Of a stretch of DNA of 64,000 nucleotides, positions 27,546 to 40,113 are shown in pieces (the first letter of the stretch is position 1; each line of letters starts with the position of its first letter). The translations under genes were made by a program, and so were the position numbers. Under the pieces are notes generated by a model. It saw only the letters and a list, made by a program, of their open reading frames with translations. It was not told where the DNA came from and did no database searches. This stretch comes from Squalus acanthias (Eukaryota), in the NCBI GenBank assembly GCA_030390025.1, contig CM059425.1:96908001-96972000 (forward strand). Reading direction: 5' to 3'.

Positions 27546-30194
27546 CATAGATACATAGATACATAGAAGATAGGAGCAGGAGTAGGCCATCCGGCCCTTC
27601 GAGCCTGCTCCGCCATTTAATGAGATCATGGCTGATCCTCCAATTCAGTATCCCGTCCCCGCCTTCTCTCCGTAACCCTTAACCCCTTTTGCCTGTAGAA
27701 ATATATCTAATTCCCTCTTAAATATATTTAATGAGCTGGCGTACACTGCCCTCTGTGGCAATGAGTTCCACAGGTTCACCACCCTCTGAGTGAAGAAATT
27801 CCCCCTCATTTCTGTCCTAAATGGTTTAGCCCTTATCCTTAAATTATGTCCTCTAGTTCTGTTCTCACCCACCAAGGGAAACATTCCTTCTGCATCTAGT
27901 CTGTCTAGACCTGTCAGAATTTTATACACTTCTATGAGGTCCCCTCTCAATCTTCTAAACTCCAGTGTGTACATCCCTAAACTACATAGTCTCTCCTCAT
28001 AGGTCAATCCCGCCATTCCTGGTATCAGCCTGGTGAATCGCCGCTGCACCCCCTCCATGGCAAGAACATCTTTCCTCAGATGAGGCGACCAAAACTGTAC
28101 ACAGTACTCGAGGTGTGGTCTCACCAGTGCCCTGTACAGCTGCAGCAAGGTATCCCTGTTCCTGTATTCCAACCCTTTTGCTATGAAGGCCAGCATACCG
28201 TTTGCCTTCTTGACCGCCTGTTGCACCTGCATGCTCGCCTTCAGTGACTGGTGTACAAGAACACCCAGGTCTCTCTGTACTTCCCCCTCTCCCAATTTAT
28301 TGCCATTTAAATAATAATTTGCCCTCCCGTTCCTGCACCCAAGGTGGATAACTTCGCACTTGTCCACATTATAGTGCATCTGCCATTTATCCGCCCAATC
28401 ACCCAGTCTGTCCAAATCGCTCTGGAGCTTCCTGGTCTCCTCCTCTGAGCCCACCCCCCCTCCTAGTTTAGTGTCGTCTGCAAATTTGGAAATGCTGCAT
28501 CCGACTCCCTGATCCAGGTCATTAATGTAAATTGTGAACAGCTGGGGACCCAGGACAGATCCCTGTGGTACCCCACTTGTTACTGCCTGCCATTCAGAAA
28601 ATGAGCCGTTTATTCCAACTCTCTGTTTTCTATCTGACAGCCAGTTCTCTATCCACGTCAATACTTTCCCCTTTATCCCATGAGCTTCAATTTTCCATGC
28701 TAATCTTTTATGTGGGACCTTGTCGAAGGCCTTTTGGAAGTCCAGGTACACCACATCTACTGGCTCTCCCCCATCTATTTTACCAGTTACTCCCTCAAAA
28801 AATTCCAATAGATTAGTCAAGCACGATTTACCCTTTGTAAATCCATGTTGACTCTGTCCTATCCTGTCCCCATTTGCTAAGTGCTCCGCTATTTCATCCT
28901 TAATGATGGACTCCAGCATTTTGCCCACAACTGATGTAAGGCTTACAGGTCTGTAATTACCTGCTTTTTCCCTACCCCCCTTTTTGAATAGTGGGGTAAC
29001 GTTAGCTACCCTCCAATCCATGGGCACTGTTCCCGAGTCTAATGAATTCTGAAAAATCATACTTAGTGCATCCGCTTACTTTAGGGCCACCTCCTTCAGT
29101 ACCCTAGGATGCATGTTATCAGGCCCTGGGGATTTGTCCGCCTTCAATCCCTTTAGCTTCCTTAACACCATATCCTTAGAGATATTGATTTGCGTCAGTT
29201 CCTCCTTTGCCAATGTCCCTATTTTTCCCGATATCCCAGGGAGGTTTTTTGTGTCTTCCTTCGTAAAGACTGACCCAAAGTATGCATTTAGTTGGTCTGC
29301 CATTTCCTTATTTCCCGTTATATATTCCCCCGTATCTGACTGCAATGGACCAACTTTGGTTTTCACCAGTCTTTTCCTCTTGATATACTTATAAAAGCTT
29401 TTGGAGTTAGTTTTTATATTTTCCGCCAGCTTGCTTTCGTAAGCTATTTTGCCCCTCTTGATTAAGCCCTTTGTCCTCCTTTGCTCTATCTTAAACTGTT
29501 CCCAATCTTCCGCTCTGGCGCTTTTTTTGGCTATTTTATACGCCCTATCTTTGGATTTTATGCTGTCTCTAATTTCCCCTGTTATCCACGGTTGAGTCAC
29601 CTTTTTAGATTTCCTTTTATGCCAGATTGGTATAAACAATTTTTGCAATTTTGTCATTCTATCTTTAAATGCTTGCCATTGTTTATCTACCTCCAGTCCT
29701 CCCAGGAACGTTGTCCAATCAGACCTACTCAGTTCCCGTCTAATGGCATCATAATTCCCCTTGTTTAAATTCAGGACCTTAGTCTCTGAGTCAATTTCTT
29801 CGCTCTCCATTTCGAGTGAGAAATCGATCATGTTATGATCGCTCTGACCCAAGGGTCCCCGTACAACAAGATTACTAATTAGTCCCTTCTCATTGCACAG
29901 TACCCAGTCCAATATAGCCTGTTCCCGAGTTGGTTCCTCGACATATTGATCCAGATAACCATCCCTTAAACACTCAAGGAATTCCTCCTCCCCATTATTT
30001 TTACTGATTAGGCTATTCCAATCTATATGTAAGTTAAAGTCACCTATGATGACAGCTGTGCTCTTATTGCACGCTTCTCTAATTTCCCTCGTGATGCCCT
30101 CCCCAACCTCTATTTTACTATTTGGAGGCCTATATACCACTCCTATTAATGTTTTTCGCCCCTCTATACCACTCCTATTAATGTTTTTCGCCCC
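27546..30194 (-). mobile_element. Young 5'-truncated CR1 LINE; ORF2 (partial APE plus RT) with one in-frame stop
   Basis: ORFs 29076-30329 (GVVYRPP, IIGDFN, SDHN) and 27645-29060 (YLDFQKAFDKV, FADDTK) share a frame, separated by TAA. (TATCTATG)n tail. TAATA at both flanks (27541-27545, 30195-30199). Confidence 0.96.
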
Positions 30195-30459
30195 TAATAA
30201 AAGTAGAATTAAAGAAATACAATCATGGTACACTTCTTCTATCTTAGCACAGTTGGTACAAAACTTAATTTTTGTTCCTGGGAAGCACAAGTCTGTCAAA
30301 AACATGCATTTAATCTGGGACCATTTCATGTGATACCCTTCCTATTTGGTGTTAAAAGCCTTCTTAGAGGTTTATGAAACCACAAAACACAGCCATTGCC
30401 ATCAACCCCAAGCTAATCAGATCATTTTGCTGGAGATTCAGAAATATAATTTTGGTCTC

Positions 30460-30580
30460 AGTAATAGTTCCTACATTGCAACAATGACTACACTTCAACA
30501 AGTACTTCATTGGCTGCAAAGCGCTTTGGGACATCCGGTGGTCGTGAAAGGACCTATATAAATGCAAGTCTTTTTTTCTT
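30460..30580 (+). mobile_element. SINE 3' fragment (Deu-SINE/L2-type tail)
   Basis: AAAGCGCTTTGGGACATCC...GTGAAAGG..CTATATAAATGCAAGTCTTT. Related pieces at 60195-60245 (+) and 61590-61710 (-). Confidence 0.6.
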
Positions 30581-30584
30581 TTAG

Positions 30585-31164
30585 TTAAATTCAGTTAACT
30601 AAATAAATCTGGAATAATAAGCTAGTATCAGTAATGGTGACCATGAAACTATCAGATTGTCGTAAAAACCCATCTGGTTCACTAATGTTCTTAAGGGAAG
30701 GAAATCTGCCTTCCTTACCCGGTCTGGCCTATATGTGACTCCACACCCACAGCATTGCCCTCTGAAATGGCCTAGCAAGCCACTCAGTTGCAACAAACCG
30801 CTACGAGAAACAGTAATAAGAATAAAACTGGACGGACCACCCGGCATCGACCTTGGCACCGGCTTCGGACACGACAATGGCACACTCAGCTTTGGCACCC
30901 CATTTACCACCTTAAACATTCACTCCCTCCACCACCAGCGCACCATGGCTGCAGTGTGCACCATCTACAAGATGCATTGCAGCAACTCGCCAAGGCTTTC
31001 TCGGCAGCATCTCCCAAACCCGCGACCTCTACCACCTAGAAGGACAAGGGCAGCATGCGCATTGGAATACCATCACCTGCAAGTTCCCCTCTAAGTTACA
31101 CTCATACTGAATTGGAAATATATCGATGCTCCTTCATCATCGCTATGTCAAAATCCTGGACTCC
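30585..31164 (+). mobile_element. Internally deleted (bipartite) derivative of the LINE at 57662-60193
   Basis: 30585-30890 matches the reverse complement of about 59795-60095. It then jumps to RT C-terminal sequence (LNIHSLHHQR...IYKMHC) that overlaps the fragment at 54102. Confidence 0.8.
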
Positions 31165-31320
31165 ACGTAGCGCAGCGATATTCACTCACAGCGCCCCAAG
31201 AGGGAGGCGGGGCGCTTCCAGTAGCACCCCGCCTCCCTCTTGGTGCGCTACCAGTGAATTTCGGGCGCGGGGGCGCTAACTTTTTCAGGGCCCAAAGGGG
31301 GCGCGACCCAATTTTGCCCC
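31165..31320. mobile_element. Right-end fragment of a GC-rich Harbinger-like MITE
   Basis: Ends CCCAATTTTGCCCC, similar to the termini at 34014-34878, with GGCGCTA/TAGCGC motifs. No left end found. Confidence 0.5.
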
Positions 31321-31954
31321 CTTGTGTTGGAAATTTCCCGGCAACATGGAACCTTAACTATTTCTTATGTTGTTATATTGATCAGGAAACATGAATACTG
31401 TGCGAAGGTGCCAACAAGCAAGTCAAAAATTGAATCCCAGTATTTATAGGATGATTGATAACTACGATCCACCATGCTCACAATAATCATGCATGATTTT
31501 TTTCCATCAAACCAATACCCATCAGGCTAAACCTTTCTATCTGGCAGACTTGATGGGAAGAGCGCAGCTCAAAGTAACAGAACCTCGTTACCTTGGAAGG
31601 ATCTCCTGTTTCAAGCTGCTAACAAAATATGGATAGATTTGCTACAGCTATGTTAAATGGATCTGAAATGAGAAATGGAGATTGGCGCAGTATGTAAGAC
31701 CTATGCTGTGTGAAAGGTTTTTGTCGGTCACTCTGGAAGGAGATGGTGGTTGTTTCTCAGTTAATTACTGGTTGTTCCACCAGAATTACCCCATTTTCAC
31801 TCCCTCAAGTCCAACAGGGTACAAGACTTATGTATCTGGCACACAACTGGTTTAGCCATCCATCACCAGATGTGGCTGGACCACAATAAGCTCCATCGGT
31901 CATCACCCTCTTTTGCCAAAACCACCCACCCACCACTCCAGGATCATCCTGAAC

Positions 31955-32102
31955 CCATGTTCTCCCTAATTTTTTTTTGGGTGCACGGCCCCTTTAAGGG
32001 GCTGCACGGCCCATTCACAGTTCTTAACATTGGAAAAGCAGTTCCCGACCTGCGCAGGACCGGCAAACAGCTGCATGGCCACGCAGCTTAGAGGAAACCT
32101 TG
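31955..32102. mobile_element. Small hAT-type MITE
   Basis: Imperfect TIRs CCATGTTCTCCCTAA / TTAGAGGAAACCTTG. 8-bp TSD TCCTGAAC (31947-31954) / TCCTGGAC (32103-32110). Confidence 0.75.
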
Positions 32103-32127
32103 TCCTGGACAGCTCCTTTTCTCCACT

Positions 32128-32215
32128 ACTGGAGTTGAGGTACAGATAAGCCATGTTTTAATTGAATATTGAACAGGCTTGAGAGGCTAAATGGCACATT
32201 CCAATTCCTATGTAC
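32128..32215 (+). mobile_element. Old CR1 3'-end remnant
   Basis: TGGAGTTGAGGTACAGATAAGCCATG...GAACAGGCTTGAGAGGCTAAATGGC resembles 63608-63690. Confidence 0.6.
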
Positions 32216-32359
32216 CAACCTTCTCCTTAAATCCCTCTTCCCTTTACCCTCATCTTCAACAAGCGCAAGGAGATCATGGACTGCTTTAAGATTGGGACCA
32301 TCTATTCAGCCAACTTTGCTGCTTGGTTGTACTCTTAACTAACCATTTATTGACAGAGC

Positions 32360-32970
32360 ACCTCTAACAATGGCTTCTCCTCCCTACCCCTTACCACTAC
32401 CTCTGGAGTCCCCCTGGTCTTATAGCTGGCCGCCTCCTCTTTCCCATCTGCATGATGCCCCTTGGCGACATCATCCACAGACTTGGAGTCAGCTTCCACA
32501 TGTATGCCGACAGCGCCCAGCGCTACCTCTTCACCACCTCTCACAACCCCTCCATTGTCTCTATATTGGCAGACTGCTTGTTCAACATCCAATCTTGAAT
32601 GAGCTGCAATTCCCTCCATCTAAACATTGGGACAACCAAAGCCATCATCTTCGGGCCCCACCATAAACACCCTACCTTTGCCATCAATTACATCCCCCTC
32701 CCCCTCAGGTTGAACTAGAATATTCGCAATCTCAGCATCCTACTTAACCGAGCTGAGCTTCCGACCTCATAATCTCTTCATCACAAGGACTGCCTACATG
32801 TATCCCTGTAACAACACCCCGCCTCCACCCCCATCTCAGCCCAACTGCTGCTGAAACTCTCAGCCACGTCTTTGTCACCTCTAGACTAGACTATTGTAAT
32901 GCTCTCCTGGTTGGTCTAGCATCCTCCACAATCCATAAATTTTAGTTCATCCAAAACTCTGTTGCCCACT
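32360..32970 (+). mobile_element. Degenerate L2 LINE RT fragment
   Basis: Broken frames give SGVP, FHMYAD and [15 protein letters not shown], a typical L2 motif. Confidence 0.8.
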
Positions 32971-34013
32971 CATCCACGCCCTTTGCAGAATAGAGGCCAA
33001 AGTCTTAGATCCATTATACGCTATCTAGGAGGGATACAAGATAAAGTTAAATTACCTTTTGAAATTTCTGCATTATATAAATAGCCTAGACAAGTTAGGA
33101 AAGATTCTTCCTCACCTTACCTGCAATTTGGCAATCCTGCAAGAAACCTACGCTACCACCCATGCAGATAAGTAGCCCTGATAATTGGAGTCTTGTTTCT
33201 ATTTTCAAGAATGATACTTTGCCTGGAAAACTCTCCCACTGAAGTGGAATGTACACAAAATTATTTAGGAGACAGGTTAGTATCAGAATGCTAATGTGGA
33301 ATATCCTAACACCCACAATTTGGAACTTTAACAGGGAGCTCAGGATATTGTAGATCACCATTTTGATACTACTTTGATGGGGGTGATTTCCAGCTTCTTC
33401 CAATTTAAATCAGTAACAGTGGCATTGGGAGCACACCACCACAATTTTGTATCCAATGCTCAACAGGATAGCCACAGCTGTCCACATTAGCACAAAATGA
33501 GTTGATCTCAATGCGTTTTTCATGAAATGGATGTCGTCAGACACATGAAGGCTTGATAACCCAAAAAGACTGACTGAAGAATTGTCTATTTATTCAGCTA
33601 CTTTATTGCACTCAGAGACTAAATTGGATTGAGTATAATGGTTGTGTGAATTGTGCATGGTCTATGGAATTAATAGGCTGGATGGGCAGAATGTCCTTCA
33701 TTCTATGTTCTCCTTATGTTTGTTAGTTGTCTCCACTATACCAGTATGTCCACTAAAATAGAAATAATGGTGCATTAGGATTCTTGAAAAGCTGTTGAGG
33801 GTGTTGCACAATTCTGAGAAATGGTCCCTTCTGTAACATGTAGAGTATCTAATGTGGCCTGTTTTCTTTGATAAAAGGTTTGCTCATAATAGTTTATTGC
33901 AGGTAAACAGTGACAGTGCACCGATGCAGGCACACTCTGCAAGCGTTCAGTAGTACAACCCAGTCTCTCACACTGAGCACCCCAGAGATGCAAAGAAATA
34001 ATTAAAACCCCAG

Positions 34014-34878
34014 GGGGGAAAATTTGGTTGATTAGCGCCTCCTGTTAGCACCCTCTTAGAGCGCAAAGCAACTAGCGCCCGGGCGCGGCTATGTTTGCGC
34101 CGCTCGCGAAATTGACCAGACATTTTGCGGTGGCGCTAAACACTACCGCCACGATCTCCTGCGCCCGCAGATCGTGACGTCAGTCAAGTGTGCAACGCCC
34201 CGGTAGCGTCCCGGACCGGATATTGAGTGGCGCCCCCTGCCACTAGAAACGACAGATAGAGGGGAACATTTTGCAGTCGGGAAGGGACTGGGGGAACGCT
34301 ATTTAAAGGCGGCCGCTTCCTGCCTTTTTTTGCCGGCGACATTTTTGCACCACGCATTCTGAGAGAGAGAGACTTCTGGAGAGATTCAATGCTGTGTGAA
34401 GAGTTTTGGGTACTGAGCAGCACTTTGCAGGTTCATTTTGATTTGAATTACCTTGCATCGATTTAGAAGAGACTTTGGGGGCTGCACTCTGAGCTCTTTC
34501 CCTGGACCTCTCCATTGTTCTTTGCAGCAGAATTGATGTACAAGTCTCCCCAGGCAATGAGCAGGGTGTGGATGGAGAGCAAGATCGACCCTCCCTTTAA
34601 GAACTGGCCGGCACCAGTGTGTCTGTGTTCCATTGCTAACTGACATCACATGAGCTTCGCCAGCGCACTGAGGTAGCGCCTCACTCCTCGGCGTTAGCAC
34701 CTTAAGAGAGGTGTGTAGCGCCTAATTTAGCGCTCAAATCACCTCCAGGGTCGATAGAAGCCAAGTTTGCAGTCGGAGGCGATAACTAGCGCCAGGCGCT
34801 AAACTTTGCGCCAGGCGCTAAACTTTGCGCCCGGCCGATAATTGCGCCCCAAACGGGGCGATACCGAATTTCTCCCCC
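34014..34878. mobile_element. Non-autonomous PIF/Harbinger-type element (about 865 bp)
   Basis: TIRs GGGGGAAAATTTGGT / ACCGAATTTCTCCCCC. 3-bp TSD CAG (34011-34013, 34879-34881). CpG-rich subterminal GGCGCTA/TAGCGCC repeats. Confidence 0.8.
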
Positions 34879-35482
34879 CAGGTCTCTCTCATACACACCT
34901 TCTAGTAGCTGGTTACAAAGTGCATTGGCAGAATTCTCTTGGCCAGGAAGATTCTTCAAATGAACAAAAATTTAAAATAATAGCCCACTCCTCCAAAACA
35001 AAAAGCTGTAGAATAGATTGATGAGATACATTAATCAGAAGCAAACTGCACTACTGGCATTACTCAGCCTAACAAAAGCTTTTCACTACAACTATTAACA
35101 TAAGCCAACTCAAGTCCATGTGCAGTTTGTCTTCTCCTCCTCCTCCCTTCCATGAAACCCAGTTCAAATTGTGAAAAAGATCAATAAACCTCAACAGTCA
35201 TACACTTTCCATAACTCAATGGAGTGTGCAGAAACTTCACCTACCATTCATGAAATCTCCAATGAAGAGCCTTGTCCAAAACACTGACAAATTTCAGATA
35301 CTATACATATGAAAACTCTGTAAGAGGAGGGGTGATCTGCATACTACAACACCAGCTAGACTAGTCAGTATTACTATTTGAGAGAATCGGAAAAAAATCT
35401 TTTTATTCCAAATGGATCAGTACAATCTTCCCAAATATATCACGGAAGATTAGTTGCGTGAAAACATTTCTTGCACACTTAC

Positions 35483-35521
35483 CATCATTTCCCACTCTTC
35501 ATGTGTCCTTCAAATTTCTCC
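35483..35521 (-). other. Candidate 39-nt exon of an unidentified gene
   Basis: TTTATTCTTGTAG acceptor and strong ATG|GTAAGT donor. All three frames contain a stop, so it could only be a UTR, start-codon or terminal exon. Confidence 0.3.
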
Positions 35522-37949
35522 CTACAAGAATAAATTTTAAAATTAGCACTACACGTATTAAATGCTGTATATGAACTATTGTATATGAAAAGTGCATGAG
35601 CAGAAACATGAGAAGCCCAACTTAAAAGGACTGCAGAGGACTGCCCGATGTCCAAACGGTTACATCCTCACAGTATAACTTGTGTAAAGACCACAATCTG
35701 GAGCCCCAGTTTAGAGGATGGGGGATAGAAGAAAGTACAAAACACAAGGGGGAAAAAAAGCATAGTAATGTTTCGAACATGCACTCTCTTCATTCATAAC
35801 AAAACCACAGAAAAATTTCCATATTCAAAATAGTGAGTATAATTGCAATACTGTGGTAAATTAAGAGTTACATATATAAAAGTACTGGTCCAGATTTTGA
35901 AATCATTGAACTAAGATAGTGACAGTTTCTTACCATTTTAGCTACTATTTATCCAAATGACCTTTTTAACATATCCTACTTTTTTCACCCACCAGAGCAA
36001 AGTAACTAGAATATCTGTATTACTAACCTCTATCGCGCTATTTAGTTTGGTCAGTCCTATAAAAGAGCTTTCTACCTTTTCCTCCCCCCACTCCTAACCA
36101 CATCAATTCTAACGAAGGATTCTACCTGAAATGTTAACTGGTTTTTCAGGTGACGACTAAGCTTCTTTAGTAGATATTTAGACCACAACTTGTTCTGTAT
36201 TTACAAACTTTTGTATAAAAAGACTGAAGCATATTGCCAATGGCAACCCTCAACCTACCTTTCAACTTAAAAGGATTTGAAATTTCAATTTATCAAAACA
36301 TTTTCTCTTCCCAATAATAAAAAGCTGCTGTCACAACTGTGTGATGAAAATGCAACAAATAAAAGGACCTCGATTCAAGATATCCATTCTGTCCATTATG
36401 ACGTCCCAATGAGGTGGACTTGTCTGCTTGCAAGGGTATGGTTTTCATTGATTATAAATATCTAAGAATGTTTACACTCTAGCATATAGTGAAGGCTATC
36501 CCTACTTAATCTATAATTAAGATAGCAGGACTAACTTGTTGATCCTTAAGACAAGGAGAAGCAATGGGATATTAATAATTGGAGACCTACAAATACTAGT
36601 TCAGTATTGTTTCATTTGCTTACAAAGATTTTACCAAAGAGGCTGATTGATAGCATAGTGTTAACACTTGACAAAATGCTGCAAAGCAACACAGTGTAAT
36701 GAAAATATTACATTCCCGTACAACATTATAGTTGTTGCACAACTCAATAAGGAAGAATTGACAGTAGTTTTGTGGGCTTGATAAAGTAATTCAACACAAT
36801 AGTCTTCTGATGTTGTCTATGGCCTCGGATCACAATGAAAATTCCAAAGGAAATTAAAGGAAAGCCTTGACTGTATTCAGATACCTTGGCCACACTGAAA
36901 TAGCAAAGATCAAAACTGGTAGGTTTGCTATTAAAAAGGAGTCAAACAAGGAGAACCTCTCTTCCTCTTACCATTATGTTATCTCATTTGCTTTGTTCAC
37001 TTGAATAACCTGGAACTGACATTAGCCCAAGTAGGAATGTTCTCAATTTAAGAGTCACGGTTCTTGCTTTTACTAATGGTATCTTAATTAGCAACACTAT
37101 CAAGATTATGACAAAGAACATCAATCTTGTAGCGCAAATTGTTAAAAAAAAGTCTTCAGAGATGGTTTACATTTCAGAGTGGTTATATGCTCCCTTGTAG
37201 TATTGTGGAATAGTTTGGTGCAAAGGTTGGTCTCTTGGTAGGGTTAAGTACGGATAGACAGATAGGAATGCTGAAAGACTGCATTAAAATCTTTGGAAGA
37301 CAGTCTAATAGCAATCTAGAATGTGTCCATTATCAGCATTAACAGGGTGTCAGACAACGATTTGATGGCCCTTGATGTAATTTTAACATTATTCTGTATT
37401 CCTCTACTTGGGAAGGGAGAGAGATGACATTGCCCAAAATGGAAATAAAAATTATCCGGTCTTTCAGGAGGATGTTTGGAAGTCTCTGGGAAATCCAACA
37501 AACCTGGTATGCTTGGCCATTTAAAAAAAAACAAGGAACATTTCTGAGGAGATCAAGAGGTTATGGACAAATATCACACTCGCGCCCCGCCCACCCCCTC
37601 CCATCTGAGGAAAAGTAGCAAAATTAATTGGAAAGCCTATGAAAATCATTGTGAACAAACATCAGATCAGTTTGTTGACATGTCACATTCATGCTCTAAA
37701 AGTTACAGATTATTGAATAACTGGCTTGTGCTTAAAGTACCTTTTAACAGAGACAGCTCATTAATGCTTTACTTCTACAAACATTTCCTGCCTAAGGATC
37801 TAACTTCTGGCATGGATAACAGGCTTACTCTATCTCAAAGATTCACACTTTCATCACCTCCAAGCTCAACTTTCACAACACTCTCCTTGCCAGCCTTCCA
37901 AGCTCCACGCTACATAAACTGCAATTCAATGAACAGTCCACCACCCACA

Positions 37950-39667
37950 GGTTTTAATTGAATATTTTGCATCTGTGTTCACTATGGAGAAGGACGATGT
38001 AGGCATAGAAATCAGGCAGGGGGATTGTGATATACTTGAACAAATTAGTATTGAGAGGGAGGAGGTGCAAGCGGTTTTAGTGGGGCTTAAAAGTGGATAA
38101 ATCCCCAGGCCCAGACGAGATGTATCCCAGGCTGCTGTGTGAGGCAAGGGAGGAGAGTGCAGGGGCTCTGACACAAATTTTCAGATCCTCTCTGGCCACA
38201 GGGGAGGTGCCAGAGGACTGGAGAACAGCTAACGTAGTGCCATTATTCAAGAAGGGTAGTAGGGATAAACCAGGGAATTACAGGCCAGAGAGCCTAACAT
38301 CAGTGGTAGGGAAATTATTGGAAAAAATTCTGAGGGACAGAATTAGTCTCCACTTGGAGAGGCAAGGATTAATCAAGGATAGTCAACATGGCTTTGTCAG
38401 GGGGAGATCATGTCTAACCAATTTGATTGAATTTTTCGAGGGGGTGCCTAGGTGCGTGAATGAGGTTAGTGCAGTTGATGTAGTCTACATGGACTTCAGT
38501 AAGGCTTTTGACAAAGTCCCACATGGGAGACTGGTCAAGAAGGTAAGAGCCCATGGGATCCAGGGCAATTTGGCACATCGGACCCAAAATTGGCTTAGTA
38601 TCAGGAGGCAGAGGGTGATGGTCGAAGGTTGTTTTTGTGACTGGAAGCCTGTGTCCAGTGGTGTACCGCAGGGATCGGTGCTGGGTCCTTTGCTGTTTGT
38701 AGTGTACATTAATGATTTAGATATGAATGTAGGAGGTATGATCAGTAAGTTCGCAGATGATACAAAAATTGGTGGAGTGGTAAATAGCGAGGAGGGAAGC
38801 CTCAGGCTACAGGACGATATAGACGTGTTGGTCAGATGGGCAGAACAGTAGCAAATGGAATTTAACCCTGAAAAGTGTGAGGTGATGCATTTTGGGAGGA
38901 CTAACAAGGCAAGGGAATACACAATGAATGGTAGGACCCTAGGAAGGACAGAGGATCAGAGGGACCTTGGTGTGCATGTACATAGATTCCTGAAGGCAGC
39001 AGGACAGGTAGATAAGGTGGTTAAAAAGGCATATGGGATACTTGCCTTCATTAGCCGAGGCATAGAATATAAGAGCAGGGAGGTTATGATGGAGCTGTAC
39101 AAAACGCTAGTTTGGCCACAGCTGGAATACTGTGTGCAGTTCTGGTCGCCACACTATAGGAAGGATGTGATTGCATTGGAGAGGGTGCAGAGGAGATTCA
39201 CCAGGATGTTACCTGGGCTGGAGCGCTTCAGCTATGAAGAGAGACTGGACAAGCTGGGGTTGTTTTCCTTAGAGCAGAGAAGGCTGAGGGGGGACCTGAT
39301 TGAGGTGTACAAAATTATATGGGGCATAGATAGGGTAGATAGAAAGGAACATTTCCCCATAGTAGAGGGGTCAATAACCAGGGGGCATAGTTTCAAGGTA
39401 ATGGGCAGGAGGTTTAGAGGGGATTTGAGGAAAAACTTTTTCACCCAGAGGGTGGTTGGAATCTGGAACTCACTGCCTGAAAGGGTGGTAGAGGCAGGAA
39501 CCCTCACAACATTCAAGAAGCATTTAGATGAGCAGTGGAAACGCCATAGCATACAAGGCTACGGACCAAGTGCTGGAAAATGGGATTAGAATAGATAGGG
39601 CTTGATGGCCAGCGTGGACACGATGGGCCGAAGGGCCTCTTTCTATGCTGTATAACTCTATGACTCA
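37950..39667 (+). mobile_element. 5'-truncated CR1 LINE (RT)
   Basis: ORFs 38093-38851 and 38855-39589 are in frame and split by TAG in place of Trp. ACTCTATG tail. Confidence 0.95.
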
Positions 39668-40113
39668 TCCTGTCCTGCACTCCTCCAATCACTGCCATTC
39701 TCGCAGACCTCCACTGACTCCCAAAGCAGTAAATCAACATTCTTGTTTAAAAGTTAATTCACGGTCTTGCCCCCCCCTCACCCCTCCAACTTTGCAACTT
39801 CCTTTAGTTCAAATGCTAGTACACACCCTTCACACTTTCAACATTAGCTTCTTGTTCATCTCGCCCTCCCTTCACTCTTTGTTGGCAGAGCCTTCAGCCT
39901 TGACCCTATACTCAAACTCTCTTCCTGAACCCCTCCACCTTGCTATCTGCTCACCTTCAAAAACCTCCGAAGAAATTATTTAACCATGTCTTCAGTCTAT
40001 ATCCCTAACTACTACTATTAATGCCTAGCATCTGTTATTCCCTACTTCATTAAATACCGGGGCATGTTTACTGTGTTAAAGACATAAGCAAATGCAAATT
40101 GGTGATGTTGTTG
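39668..40113 (+). mobile_element. Degenerate L2 3' end
   Basis: Reverse-complement similarity to 62285-62560. Ends AAATGCAAATTGGTGATGTTGTTG. Confidence 0.55.

Noticed and set aside
34580..34594. 15-bp match CAAGATCGACCCTCC with 50780-50794
   Set aside because: No extended homology. One such match is plausible by chance in about 40 kb.
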